A DNA stretch of 64,000 nucleotides from Pyrodictiaceae archaeon (GTDB taxonomy: Archaea; Thermoproteota; Thermoprotei_A; Sulfolobales; Pyrodictiaceae): contig JALVSY010000007.1 of assembly GCA_027036135.1 (NCBI GenBank), forward strand, positions 708,880-772,879, in the 5' to 3' direction. Made by a program: the position numbers and the translations under genes. Shown one piece after another: positions 20,836-30,690 of this stretch (within the stretch, counting starts at the first letter, position 1; every line of letters starts with the position of its first letter). The notes under the pieces were generated by a model, which worked only from the letters and a program-made list of their open reading frames with translations, did not search any database and was not told the DNA's origin.

Positions 20836-21250
20836 AATTTATCACCTCTTCAGCGAACGATACAAGCTCTTCTGCATCCTCTTTACTGAATTCCTTGGGA
20901 AGATACCTTGCCGAGTAATACGCGTCTTCAAGTGTATGAAACTTGTACCTATTCCTCTTTATGAACTCGCTCACTTCATTAGCGAAGCCTAGCAATTCTC
21001 CCACAATATAGAGGAGCCTCCTAAGATTATGACTACGTGGAGCAACATCCGTGTACTCAAGTATTACCGACTTTAAATACAGCTGAACAGCCTGCTCGGC
21101 TTCAAAGACCGCTCCATCATAATCCCTGGCCTGCAGACTCATCTTAGCCCTGGCTAAGGCGTTCCTAGCCCTTCTAGCTAAGAGCCTCACAACATACTCG
21201 TGACTCTCCTCATCCACATTGCCTTTTCCTTTATCACGCTCAATGGACAT
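20798..21250 (-). CDS. HEPN domain protein
   Basis: AVFEAEQAVQLYLKS, PRSHNL and YYSARY motifs. Confidence 0.9.
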   Translation of the reverse strand: MSIERDKGKGNVDEESHEYVVRLLARRARNALARAKMSLQARDYDGAVFEAEQAVQLYLKSVILEYTDVAPRSHNLRRLLYIVGELLGFANEVSEFIKRNRYKFHTLEDAYYSARYLPKEFSKEDAEELVSFAEEVINFVEARKSRKASG

Positions 21251-21552
21251 GCATTACCTCCTCGTATATACCGGAGAGCAGAGGACTAAAGAATTACAGC
21301 CCCTCATAGTCCGACACCAATAACATGAGGCCCAAAGAGATAATGATACCCGGTCTCAGCGAGCCTATCATCACCCCAAGGCACTCATGCCACGACAAAG
21401 GGTCCAGGACTTCGGCAACAATGTCCTCTTCGCAGCCTAAACTAAAAGCCTCTAAAGTAGTTCTACTCGAACCAACAACACACGGCTTCTTACACTCGCC
21501 ACGGAGATCAATGCACACGAATCTCTCTATAGATAGCGAGTCCCCGTATCCG

Positions 21553-22001
21553 CTAGACATTATGGTGAAGAAGATCCCGAACCCTCTCCATGTCTCTCAA
21601 TAAGTAGTAGGCCTCTACACCAAGCTTCTTAGCACTTTGTGCTTGCCTCTTATCATTAGTCGATAAGATGCCATTAACTATAATTGCTACTGCTATGTAG
21701 TATGCATCCGCAGCTCGTGACCCTGTTTTCCGTGCTACTTTAACAGCTTTCTCGTAAATAGCTTCCTCCGGTATCAGCTTAATCGCGGGAAGGGTGTCGA
21801 GAACCAGGTCTAGCTCTTCCTCAGATAAGTAACGTGACAGAACGCCAACGATCTCAACAACCAATAGTTTTGGTTCATAAGCCTCTACGGTGCCTTGTGC
21901 AACAAGCCTAGCTATTTTAAGCTATGGCGGCGTGATCCTCGTTAGGGGCTGCATAGAGATTTATAAGCAATGAAGCGTCTAAAACGACTTTTTCTAGGCA
22001 A
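21553..22001 (-). pseudogene. vapC: PIN-domain VapC pseudogene
   Basis: The N-terminal KVVLDASLLINLY is in a different frame from EPKLLVVE...RAADAYYIAVA...TNDK. At least two frameshifts. Confidence 0.8.
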
Positions 22002-22205
22002 AACGCTCACGCTCCTTAATAAGATCCTCGACGAGGTCCCTGCCACCAAGACGTCCTCTTAGCTTATTCCTTATCTCACGGGCAACCTGGGTAACATCTT
22101 TCTTAATTATTCTAATCCTGACACGCTGTCCTTCCCTGGGATTAAGCTTCTCAAGTGGCTTTAAAAAACACCATTTTCGTATACGGCCTCAAAATCCTTA
22201 GCCAT
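21994..22205 (-). pseudogene. vapB: AF2212-like antitoxin pseudogene (absent from the ORF track)
   Basis: MAKDFEAVYENGVF* then, after a shift in the T6/A3 run at about 22160-22168, KPLEKLNPREGQRVRIRII...LIKERERFA*, overlapping the vapC start. Confidence 0.8.
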
Positions 22206-22485
22206 AACCTCCAACCCACTATATCTTCTAGCTACGACTCGTTTCCAATAAAAAACGAATAAAACGCTACTGGAGACTTACCTGTGTCTAAGTATGCCCG
22301 GGTTAGGAGCCACCAGCGAGGAATCAAGGAAATCAGTGAATATTACTGATTGGCTATTAAATGAAAAGCTTGAAGTATGTATGGATATCTTGTGCCACCT
22401 TTATACTATCTGGTGCCTGCCTTGGTGCTGGGAGAAAAGTTGTGATACGTATAAAAACATGTATCAGACTTATATCCGTACTTGG

Positions 22486-23697
22486 TTACTCGCTATAAGC
22501 TATTTCGCCCAGTTCCTCTATATCGAGTCCCTTAATTTGTTCCTCTTCTGGAACTCTAAGTTGCATTGTTTTATCAAGTATCCAGAGGATAATGTATGTT
22601 AAGATGAATGGATAGACGGCTCCTATTGTTGCAGCTGCTACTTCTTTGCCGAAGAAGGCTATGTTTCCATAAACTAGGCCATTGCTTCCCAGAACGGCTG
22701 ATGACCCGAATATTCCTAGTAGTATGACTCCGGTTAGACCTCCCATGCCGTGGACTCCCCAGACGTCTAAGACGTCGTCCCATCCCTTCTTGTTCTTGTA
22801 AGAGACTGCAGCGTACGCAACTAGCGCAGCTACGATACCAACCACCATGGCGGCTTGCGGAGGTATAAAGCCAGCGGTAGGAGTTACTGTTGCTAGGCCG
22901 GCTATGGCCCCGGTACAGAAGCCCACAGTACTTATTTTCTTCCCCATTGCAGTATCCAGGAGAACCCATGTGATTGCCGCAAACGCTGCCGCTATCTGGG
23001 TGTTCGCGAATGCTATGCTAGCATCTCCTCCGGCTCTTAAGGCGCTACCAGCATTGAACCCAAACCACCCGAACCATAGTAAAGCCGTCCCGAGAGCGAC
23101 TAGCATAAGGTTGTGTGGGCGATCCTTAACCTTCCTGGCCCCAAGGTAGAGCGCTGTTGCTAAGGCCGAGAAGCCTGCTGCTTCATGCACCACTATTCCT
23201 CCAGCGAAGTCCTCAACGCCCCAAGACTGGAGGAAGCCTCCTCCCCATACCCAGTGCGCTATAGGGAAGTAGACAAGGAATAGCCAGAGAGTTAGGAACA
23301 CGATATATGCCTTAAACTTCATCTTGTTAGCAAAGGCGCCAGTGATCAACGCAGGCGTGATTATAGCGAACATTAGCTGGAACATTACATAGGCTAATAA
23401 TGGTATCTTGTAAGCAGTCAGTGTCGTGTACTCGTTCATATGCATCAATAATGCATACTTAAGACCACCTATTAAGCCGCCGACATCTGGGCCGAAAGCC
23501 AGGGTGAAGCCAATCAACACCCAGATAATTGTTGTCCATCCCAGAGAGAACAACGATTCCATTAGTATTGTTAATGCGTTCTTTTTACCAACCAAGCCAC
23601 CGTAAAAGAGACCTAGACCCGGCGTCATTATCATTACTAGAGCAGCAGAGATCAAAACAAAGGCAGTATTACCACTACTAATCAGCGCCGGATTCAC
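22486..23697 (-). CDS. amt: Ammonium transporter (Amt family)
   Basis: MTPGLGLFYGG, FQLMFAIITPAL, DFAGGIVVH, WFGWFGFNAGS and DDVLDVWGVHG (twin His). Confidence 0.97.
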   Translation of the reverse strand: MNPALISSGNTAFVLISAALVMIMTPGLGLFYGGLVGKKNALTILMESLFSLGWTTIIWVLIGFTLAFGPDVGGLIGGLKYALLMHMNEYTTLTAYKIPLLAYVMFQLMFAIITPALITGAFANKMKFKAYIVFLTLWLFLVYFPIAHWVWGGGFLQSWGVEDFAGGIVVHEAAGFSALATALYLGARKVKDRPHNLMLVALGTALLWFGWFGFNAGSALRAGGDASIAFANTQIAAAFAAITWVLLDTAMGKKISTVGFCTGAIAGLATVTPTAGFIPPQAAMVVGIVAALVAYAAVSYKNKKGWDDVLDVWGVHGMGGLTGVILLGIFGSSAVLGSNGLVYGNIAFFGKEVAAATIGAVYPFILTYIILWILDKTMQLRVPEEEQIKGLDIEELGEIAYSE

Positions 23698-23719
23698 ACC
23701 ATAGCCGCCTCAAATCAGT

Positions 23720-23975
23720 AGATTCTTAATACTATTTAATAAACTCCGTCCAAGCCATGACAGTTAATCATTTATTAAAATAAAATTAAAAGATTAAAAT
23801 ATTAATAATTATATTAATTTTCTCTAAATAATTATATATTTCTATTCTTCTATTCTATATCTAATTAAGATTCTTATTTTAATTTATTAAATAGAAATAT
23901 TATAATTGTAAATTTTCGTAAATTTTATAACCTATTATAAGGGGAAACTAGAATAATACTATAAAATAAGTAAAA
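23720..23975. promoter_or_regulatory. Extremely AT-rich upstream region of amt
   Basis: 19 G+C in 180 nt over 23761-23940 by hand count (about 11% GC), in a window that is mostly near or above 50% GC. Confidence 0.7.
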
Positions 23976-24452
23976 TTATGCATATAGATTAACTACTTTT
24001 CTAATGCCTTTCTTAATGAGCTTCCAAGCAGCAGGTTTAGAAACGTTAAGAGCTTTAGCAACGCTAGATACATTATTGTATTGCAAAGCAAAGAGAACCA
24101 AGGCCCTTCTCTGCCTTGGCGTTAGAGCCAGGGATCTTATATCATACTCGTTAGTATCAAGCACTCTTTGCTCATATTTTCTTAAAATCTTTCTCACATT
24201 AACGGAGTCAACTAATACAAAGCGCACAAACCCGTCATGTGTAATAATCGGAGATGTTAATGTATAGCCACGCCTTATTAGCTGAGCAAACATGCATTCT
24301 TCGTTTCTCTTCCTTATCCTAATGATACTGCCCCCGCTTAGCAATATGTGCTCTATTCTATCACAGCCTAGTAGTCGGTATCCTATGTAGACCGCTGGTT
24401 CTGCTTCTTTGACCTCTCTACAAGGCTCCATAGATACGAGTAGAGTTTTCAT
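23976..24452 (-). CDS. Transcriptional regulator with C-terminal Bat-type (HTH_10-like) HTH and three Cys
   Basis: LTPRQRRAL...VSSVAKALNVSKPAAWKLIKKGIRKV. Divergent from the NO reductase. Confidence 0.75.
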   Translation of the reverse strand: MKTLLVSMEPCREVKEAEPAVYIGYRLLGCDRIEHILLSGGSIIRIRKRNEECMFAQLIRRGYTLTSPIITHDGFVRFVLVDSVNVRKILRKYEQRVLDTNEYDIRSLALTPRQRRALVLFALQYNNVSSVAKALNVSKPAAWKLIKKGIRKVVNLYA

Positions 24453-24505
24453 ATCTTAAATCACAGCCCCCGTGAAGCTAATTATATCATCACTACTTAA
24501 TATGA

Positions 24506-24545
24506 TTAACGCGTGCTTATTTAACACTGGTTAATAAAAGTTAAC
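24506..24545. promoter_or_regulatory. Palindromic operator(s) TTAAC-N4-GTTAA in the regulator/qNor divergent promoter
   Basis: TTAACACTGGTTAA at 24521-24534, degenerate TTAACGCGTGCTTA at 24506-24519, and GTTAAC at 24540-24545. Confidence 0.6.
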
Positions 24546-24603
24546 CACGAAGCCTATCAAGAAACCATACTCTAAGGTATACACGCGTGAAAGGTGAAGC
24601 CCT

Positions 24604-26790
24604 ATGGCTAATGATAATGGCAAGAAAGTTAACGGTTGGAGCCTCCTAGTACTAATAGCGACCATTGCTGTATACGCAGGTTACTTAGCTGGCGCATTGT
24701 ATACATATGAACATTTACCACCAATTCCTGCCGAAGTTCGTACAGCTAGCGGTAAAGTACTCTTCACGGGCAAGGATATCGTAGAGGGTAAGTGGCTTGT
24801 CCAGCGCTATGGTTTACAAGACTATGGCAGCATACTTGGCTTTGGGGGCTATTTTGGACCAGATTACACGGCATACGTTTCCAAGATGATAGCCGATGCA
24901 GCGATTCATAACAGTCCAGGAGTTCACGTGAAGCCGTCCAGTCTAGTAAAGATAGTCAAGGATGGAGATAAGACAGTATTTATTGTAGCAAAGCCAGTGG
25001 CCGAGGCGTATGAGAGAGCTGTCAAGTTCTTCGAGAACTTCTTCGCAGGAAAATACGGCTCCACGAGGCTAGCCAGTGGTCTTTTCACAAATAGCGACAT
25101 AAAGAAAATGGTTTCGTACTTCACATGGACAGCACTAATAGCGCTAAAGGGCTATACGCATGGCTTTCCATACACGAAGGGCTTGCTTAAGCCCAATATA
25201 AACGCTATGCGGGCCACTTGGGTCACATTAATAATCTTCATGGCTGCCGTGATGCCACTAACGGCATATATAATAATAAAGTTCATTGACTACTGGAAGG
25301 ATGAGAGAATAAGCATTAATTTACCAAGACCAAACAAGGCACAGAGGCTAACGCTTCTAGGTATGGCTCTCGCGATGATAGGGCTTGGCGTACAAGGCCT
25401 CCTAGGCGGCTATATGATGCATCTCTACGCTGATCCAACGCTTTACGGGCTCGATCTACACAATATATTGCCATTTAATGTAGCAAGGGGCCTACACTAT
25501 AACCTCGCAATATTATGGATAGCTATAACCTGGGTCAGCTTCGCGCTCTTTACGCTGCCCTACTTCGGCGTGAAGCTGGACGAGAAGAAGGTACTAATGA
25601 TACTCATAGCGGCTACTGTGGTATCTCTGGGAGCACTCCTAGGACTATGGGCCTCATACCTAGGCAAGATACCAGCCACAGACAATCTATGGTTCATAAT
25701 AGGAAGCCAGGGACGCCCCGTTGTAAGCGCTGGCACTCTTTGGCTCCTCCTAATAGCAGCGCTGCTTGGATATATGTCCTACACGGTGTACCAGGCCTCT
25801 AAGATAAACCAGTACCCGCTTAATACCCTCTTAAAGATACTCGCCATAGGCCTCGGAGGCACAGCATTTGGTACCTTCGTAGGCGCTTTACCGATAGTAA
25901 GGCCCTTCAAGAACTTCACGCTGGACGAGTACTTCAGATGGATAACAATCCATGCCTTCGTTGAGGGCTTCTGGCCAGGAATAGTGTCATCTATACTAAT
26001 AATACTGCTCGTTATAGCTGGCATGGTGCCTCCTAGGCTTGCCGTGGCAGCGGCGGGCACTGATGCAAGCCTAGAAATAATTAGCGGAATGATAGGCACT
26101 GCTCACCACTACTACTGGGGCGGACAGCCAACGTTCTGGATGTACGTCGGCGCTGCCCTAAGCACTCTCGAGGTCATACCAATAGGGTTCCTAATGGCGT
26201 ACTCAATAGTCCTATGGCGTAGAGGGGAGATAAAGACAGAGCTACAGAAGACGCTGCTCACATTCATCCTAGTAGCAGGCATAGGCGGCGGTCTCGGAGT
26301 AGTAGCGTTTGGAGCAGGATTACTGAACATGCCGATACTGAACTATTATCTTCACGGCACACAGGCAACGATGCTTCACGCGCATCTAGCAATGCCCCTA
26401 GCCTACGGCATACCATCGATGCTGATGTGGGTTGTAGCCTTCTACCTAGCTGGTGCCCTAACGGATAGGCATCTATCTATTGCGCGGAAAGCTGCAGTAA
26501 TAATAGCGATAGGTTTCTATCTCCAAGCACTTGTCCTAGGAATAATGGCGTATAGACAGTTCCAGGCAGAGACGAATCTAGGGTACTGGGCTGTTAAGGG
26601 AATCGTGACTCCAAGCGGTAAACCAGGCATATGGACCACGATGACTGGCGTAATATGGAGCAGACTGGTAGGCGACTTAGTGGCTGCCGCTGGGATGTTA
26701 ATGCTGATGGTGCCCATGTTGTTTAACCTGCCAAAAGCGCTGCATGAACCAGTACTAGTAGAGACCAAGGAGGCTATAAGAAGAAAATAA
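24604..26790 (+). CDS. norB: Quinol-dependent nitric oxide reductase (qNor)
   Basis: YGSILGFGGYFGPDYTA, PFNVARGLHYNLAILW, RWITIHAFVEGFW, GTAHHYYW, STLEVIP and HAHLA heme/non-heme Fe ligands. GGTGA RBS. Confidence 0.95.
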   Translation: MANDNGKKVNGWSLLVLIATIAVYAGYLAGALYTYEHLPPIPAEVRTASGKVLFTGKDIVEGKWLVQRYGLQDYGSILGFGGYFGPDYTAYVSKMIADAAIHNSPGVHVKPSSLVKIVKDGDKTVFIVAKPVAEAYERAVKFFENFFAGKYGSTRLASGLFTNSDIKKMVSYFTWTALIALKGYTHGFPYTKGLLKPNINAMRATWVTLIIFMAAVMPLTAYIIIKFIDYWKDERISINLPRPNKAQRLTLLGMALAMIGLGVQGLLGGYMMHLYADPTLYGLDLHNILPFNVARGLHYNLAILWIAITWVSFALFTLPYFGVKLDEKKVLMILIAATVVSLGALLGLWASYLGKIPATDNLWFIIGSQGRPVVSAGTLWLLLIAALLGYMSYTVYQASKINQYPLNTLLKILAIGLGGTAFGTFVGALPIVRPFKNFTLDEYFRWITIHAFVEGFWPGIVSSILIILLVIAGMVPPRLAVAAAGTDASLEIISGMIGTAHHYYWGGQPTFWMYVGAALSTLEVIPIGFLMAYSIVLWRRGEIKTELQKTLLTFILVAGIGGGLGVVAFGAGLLNMPILNYYLHGTQATMLHAHLAMPLAYGIPSMLMWVVAFYLAGALTDRHLSIARKAAVIIAIGFYLQALVLGIMAYRQFQAETNLGYWAVKGIVTPSGKPGIWTTMTGVIWSRLVGDLVAAAGMLMLMVPMLFNLPKALHEPVLVETKEAIRRK

Positions 26791-26999
26791 TACAAAAACC
26801 CTTTAACTACTAACGATATCTAGATACTTGTTTAAAAGTTACTAACTAAGTTTTTTATATAAATTATGTATTGAGGCATCTATATCTGATTCTAGAGTGT
26901 GCTAAAGCGTCTAATTATATTATTTCATATCCGCTCAGATATTGAAGGATAGCGAAAAAGCAGACAAGTGGTCTCTCTTTGAAGAGGGGCTAATAGTTC

Positions 27000-28016
27000 T
27001 TGCACAGAGCTATTGAGGCTCGTGGTCTTGTTAAGCGCTATGTTACTTGGGAGCGTCGGGGCCTGTTTCGTAGGCGTAGGAGGAGTGTTGAGGCTCTTCG
27101 GGGTGTTAGTTTCTCTACTCGTTGGGGTGAGGTGTTTGGGCTTCTTGGGCCTAATGGGGCTGGTAAGACTACTACTGTGAAGATTCTCTCTACGCTTCTC
27201 CTCCCCGATGAGGGGGGTGCGCGGGTAGCTGGCTACGATGTCGTCAGCGAGGCTGTCATGGTTAGGGATAGTATTGGTGTTGTGCTGAGTGTTGAGAGGG
27301 GTTTCTTTTGGAAGCTTACTGGCCGCGAGAACCTGAGATACTTTGGTATGCTGCGGGGGCTGCGTGGCGGTGAGCTGGAGGAGAGGGTTTCGCGTGTTCT
27401 TCGCCTCGTTGGGCTCGAGGAGCTTGGCGCTGCTGATAAATTGTACGAGGAGTACTCTCTCGGCATGAAGGCCCGGCTTGCTCTTGCCCGAGCACTTCTC
27501 CACGACCCCAGAGTGCTTATCCTCGACGAGCCCACGCTCGGCCTGGACCCTGTCTCTGCTAGGCGTATCCGCGAGCTAGTTGTACGGCTTGCCCACGAGG
27601 AGCAGAGGGCTGTGCTCATAACTACACATAACATGTTCGAGGCCGAGATGATATGTGACCGTGTAGCAATAATAGACGAGGGCGTCATAAAGGCTATTGG
27701 CTCCCCCGAGGAGCTTAAGGCGAAGATAGCTCACAGCGTCCCCATTGTCATAAGGTTCCGAGGCGATAGGGGCCCCGGGGAGGCCGAGAAGGCTCTCCGA
27801 GCAGGGCTAGAGGTCCTGGGTCTCAGTGTTAAGCCTGTTGAGGATGGCTATGTGGCTCGTATCCTTGTTAGGAGTGGCGAGGACGAAGAGGTGCTCGCTA
27901 GAGCTATCGCTGTCTTGGCGAAGCTAGGCTTCTCTATTAGGAGCGTTGAAGTCTCCAAGCCCAGCCTCGAGGACGTATTCGTAGCTCTAACAACCCGGGA
28001 AAAGAGTGGGGCTTGA
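27000..28016 (+). CDS. ABC-2 exporter ATP-binding subunit
   Basis: GPNGAGKTT, YSLGMK, LILDEPT and TTH motifs. Confidence 0.95.
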   Translation: MHRAIEARGLVKRYVTWERRGLFRRRRRSVEALRGVSFSTRWGEVFGLLGPNGAGKTTTVKILSTLLLPDEGGARVAGYDVVSEAVMVRDSIGVVLSVERGFFWKLTGRENLRYFGMLRGLRGGELEERVSRVLRLVGLEELGAADKLYEEYSLGMKARLALARALLHDPRVLILDEPTLGLDPVSARRIRELVVRLAHEEQRAVLITTHNMFEAEMICDRVAIIDEGVIKAIGSPEELKAKIAHSVPIVIRFRGDRGPGEAEKALRAGLEVLGLSVKPVEDGYVARILVRSGEDEEVLARAIAVLAKLGFSIRSVEVSKPSLEDVFVALTTREKSGA

Positions 28017-28833
28017 TGCTGCTATGCCGAGTTCTTTCCTCGACGTGGTTGCCGCGGAGTTCTACGCGTATACGAGGTTCTATAAGAATAACCGGGCGAT
28101 GATGATTGCTGCCTTTATCTGGCCCTACCTAATGGTCTTGATACTTCTTGGGCTTGGCTACCTCTTTGGCAGTCTTAGCCAGTACGCTGCCCGCATGGGT
28201 GTCAGGAACCCAGTGTTCTTCATAGTGTCGGCGAGCACCGTTGCGATGAGCTCAACGTTCATAATTGACGAGGTTGCTAACTATACGCTCTATAATCGCT
28301 GGAACGGCACTCTCCCCTACATCCTATTGACCCCTATGAGGCTTCCTAAGCAACTACTAGCAGCTAGCATACCCTCGACACTAGTATCGCCAGCTATTAG
28401 TGTTACATCTGCGCTCCCAGTAGCAATTTACTTCGAGGGACTGAGGGGAGCAATTATCATTGCTGCTTTGTATACTGTTATTGTTCTCGGGATGGTGCCG
28501 CTCGCTGGCCTCTCCGTCCTCATAGCTGGGCTGGTCCTCACTGTGAGGGAGGAGACAAACATAGCTAATAGTATTACGCCCTTCCTCCTCTTGGTCTCCG
28601 GCGTCTTCTACCCAGTAACGATACTGCCTAAGGCATTACAGCTCATAGCCGTGGCTGTGCCCGTGAAGTATGTTGTGGATATAGCCCGGGCCATAGCCTC
28701 TACGGGTACGTTTAGCCACGAGGTCTTCCTAGCAGTCTATGTACTCACATTGATGGCGTTTGCGTATAACTCTCTCGTCGCGCCGCTACTCGGTGCTATA
28801 GAGGAGCGGGTGAAGCGCTATGCACCATTCTAG
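28006..28833 (+). CDS. ABC-2 exporter permease
   Basis: Six TM helices, RWNGTLPYILLTP, SGVFYPVTILP. Confidence 0.9.
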   Translation: MGLDAAMPSSFLDVVAAEFYAYTRFYKNNRAMMIAAFIWPYLMVLILLGLGYLFGSLSQYAARMGVRNPVFFIVSASTVAMSSTFIIDEVANYTLYNRWNGTLPYILLTPMRLPKQLLAASIPSTLVSPAISVTSALPVAIYFEGLRGAIIIAALYTVIVLGMVPLAGLSVLIAGLVLTVREETNIANSITPFLLLVSGVFYPVTILPKALQLIAVAVPVKYVVDIARAIASTGTFSHEVFLAVYVLTLMAFAYNSLVAPLLGAIEERVKRYAPF

Positions 28834-29638
28834 CAGGGGCCTAGCCAAGTTATTGGCAGTGATATACCTGCACGGTGTGAGGACTTGGCGCTATAAGTAC
28901 AGCTTCATAAATTCCTCGATAAACACTATGCTTTGGATAACCATATTCCTCCTAGGCGTGATAATGTTCGTCCCCGCCAAGGAGCTGCCAGTAGTAGCGC
29001 CACAGGTGTTCTGGGGAATAACTGTCTGGAACCTGATAACCTATACCGTTATATACATCTCTGGCTGGACAACATGGTTCCTCGTATCAATGGGGCTAGT
29101 AGAGGAGCACATACTCCACGGCCTAGGCCTACCCCTACTCCTCGCTGGGCGCCTCGTAACAGTCCTAGCTGAGTCAGCTATAGCCGTCCCCCTAGTCTAC
29201 TTCGTGCTAAGAGGAGTAGCTGGCCCCATGAGGCTCGTGGAGAACCCGTGGCTACTCCTCTACGGCCTAGTAGCGGCGGAGGCAATGGCTATAGGCTACG
29301 CATTAGTATTAGCGACACTGGCGCTTCGGCTAAGCATACCGGGGCCCATGCTTGACATAACTAACTTTATACTCTTCGTAGTGGGCGGGATAGCTGCCCC
29401 GGTTGCGAAGCTCCCTGCCCAGCTACGGGTAGTCGCACTCCTCACCCCGTATTCTCATGCAGCCGAGCTAGTGAGGTACGCCGCGACCGGGACGAGGCCC
29501 TACCTAGGCCTCTTAACCGAGACATTTATCAGCGGAGCACTAGCCGTAGCCATGCCGCTAGCCGCCTACGCGTTCTACCGCTTCGTTGAGAAGCATTATC
29601 TCCGGCGCTACGGTGTACGCGGCGTTGGCAGAATGTAG
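28820..29638 (+). CDS. ABC-2 exporter permease
   Basis: Six TM helices, GGIAAPVAKLP...LTPYSHAAELVR. Confidence 0.88.
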   Translation: MHHSSRGLAKLLAVIYLHGVRTWRYKYSFINSSINTMLWITIFLLGVIMFVPAKELPVVAPQVFWGITVWNLITYTVIYISGWTTWFLVSMGLVEEHILHGLGLPLLLAGRLVTVLAESAIAVPLVYFVLRGVAGPMRLVENPWLLLYGLVAAEAMAIGYALVLATLALRLSIPGPMLDITNFILFVVGGIAAPVAKLPAQLRVVALLTPYSHAAELVRYAATGTRPYLGLLTETFISGALAVAMPLAAYAFYRFVEKHYLRRYGVRGVGRM

Positions 29639-29760
29639 ACCGTAACAAAAATACCTGGTCAATACACGTTTCTTAATCCCGGCCTCCTCGCCGGGGGACA
29701 CCGCCGCGTAACGGCGCCTACAAGGGGGATGAGACCCGGCTGCGCACCGGAACATCTTCT

Positions 29761-30564
29761 TCATGGTTTCTGGAACTGTAGCTCCGCTAGGCTCCTAACG
29801 GTATAAGTGGCGTCGCATAGCTCGCCTCGCTCACCAGCAACCCCTGTCAACACCAATACGCTGTCCATGCCAGCTCTCTTTGCTGCTTCTATGTCTGTGT
29901 CGCAGCGATCACCTATGACGAGCGCCTCTACTGCGTGGACTCCATGTAGCTTGAGAGCTAGCTCAAACATGTATGTCTCTGGCTTGCCCGCAACAAAGAC
30001 TGGTCTAGCACCCGTGGATCTCTCTAGGAAGGCTAGTATCGCGCCAGCACCAGGCGCATCGCCACCCTCAACGGGGACAACGTTATCCGTGTTAGTAGCT
30101 ATCAAGGGGACACCGCACTTCCTTATTGCTTGGTGGGCTCTCCAGAGCTTATGGTAGCTAACAAGCCTATCGAGGCCAACCACTACGTAGTCCACAAGGC
30201 AGCTACCCGGGTCCATGGAGGTATAGACGAGGTGACCCTGCTCCACTAGCTCCTCTATGAGGCCCTCCTCCCCTATCACTAGGACGCGGGCCCTGCCACA
30301 CATATCTACGAGGCGGGCGGCGACAGCGTAGCCGCTCGTGATTATCTCGTCGGGGCCAACGTCCCAGCCCATTACCGCTGAGAGCCTCTCCATGTAGAGC
30401 CTCCGACTCCTCGTAGAATTATTTGTGACGAAGACTATCTTGATCCCAGAGTCGTGTGCCTTGCGTAGCCACTCAACATTCTCCTCGATAATCTCCTTGC
30501 CTCTCCACACAACACCGTCAAGATCCACTAGGAAGAGGCGATAAGCCTTCTCGAGTATTTGCAA
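29761..30564 (-). CDS. HAD-IIA family hydrolase (NagD-like)
   Basis: DLDGV, VTNNS, ATNTD, GKP and IGDRCDTDI motifs. Confidence 0.94.
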   Translation of the reverse strand: MQILEKAYRLFLVDLDGVVWRGKEIIEENVEWLRKAHDSGIKIVFVTNNSTRSRRLYMERLSAVMGWDVGPDEIITSGYAVAARLVDMCGRARVLVIGEEGLIEELVEQGHLVYTSMDPGSCLVDYVVVGLDRLVSYHKLWRAHQAIRKCGVPLIATNTDNVVPVEGGDAPGAGAILAFLERSTGARPVFVAGKPETYMFELALKLHGVHAVEALVIGDRCDTDIEAAKRAGMDSVLVLTGVAGERGELCDATYTVRSLAELQFQKP

Positions 30565-30690
30565 CCCTTACTCACTCCCCTATACAAGAGCCCCTATGGC
30601 TCCTCCCGGGGCGTCGCCGGGCGGGGCGCGTGGAGGCCGCATCCTTTATGAGTATCTATCGTGGCTATATAGTCTCGGTGAAGCAGGGCC

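Noticed and set aside
21294-21603. Short ORFs on both strands between the HEPN gene and vapC
   Set aside because: No motifs, RBS or protein-like composition. Probably decayed sequence.
29739-29755. CGCACCGGAAC 11-mer identical to part of the 38784 operator
   Set aside because: Only one arm matches, it lies between convergent genes, and a single 11-mer match in 64 kb is plausible by chance.
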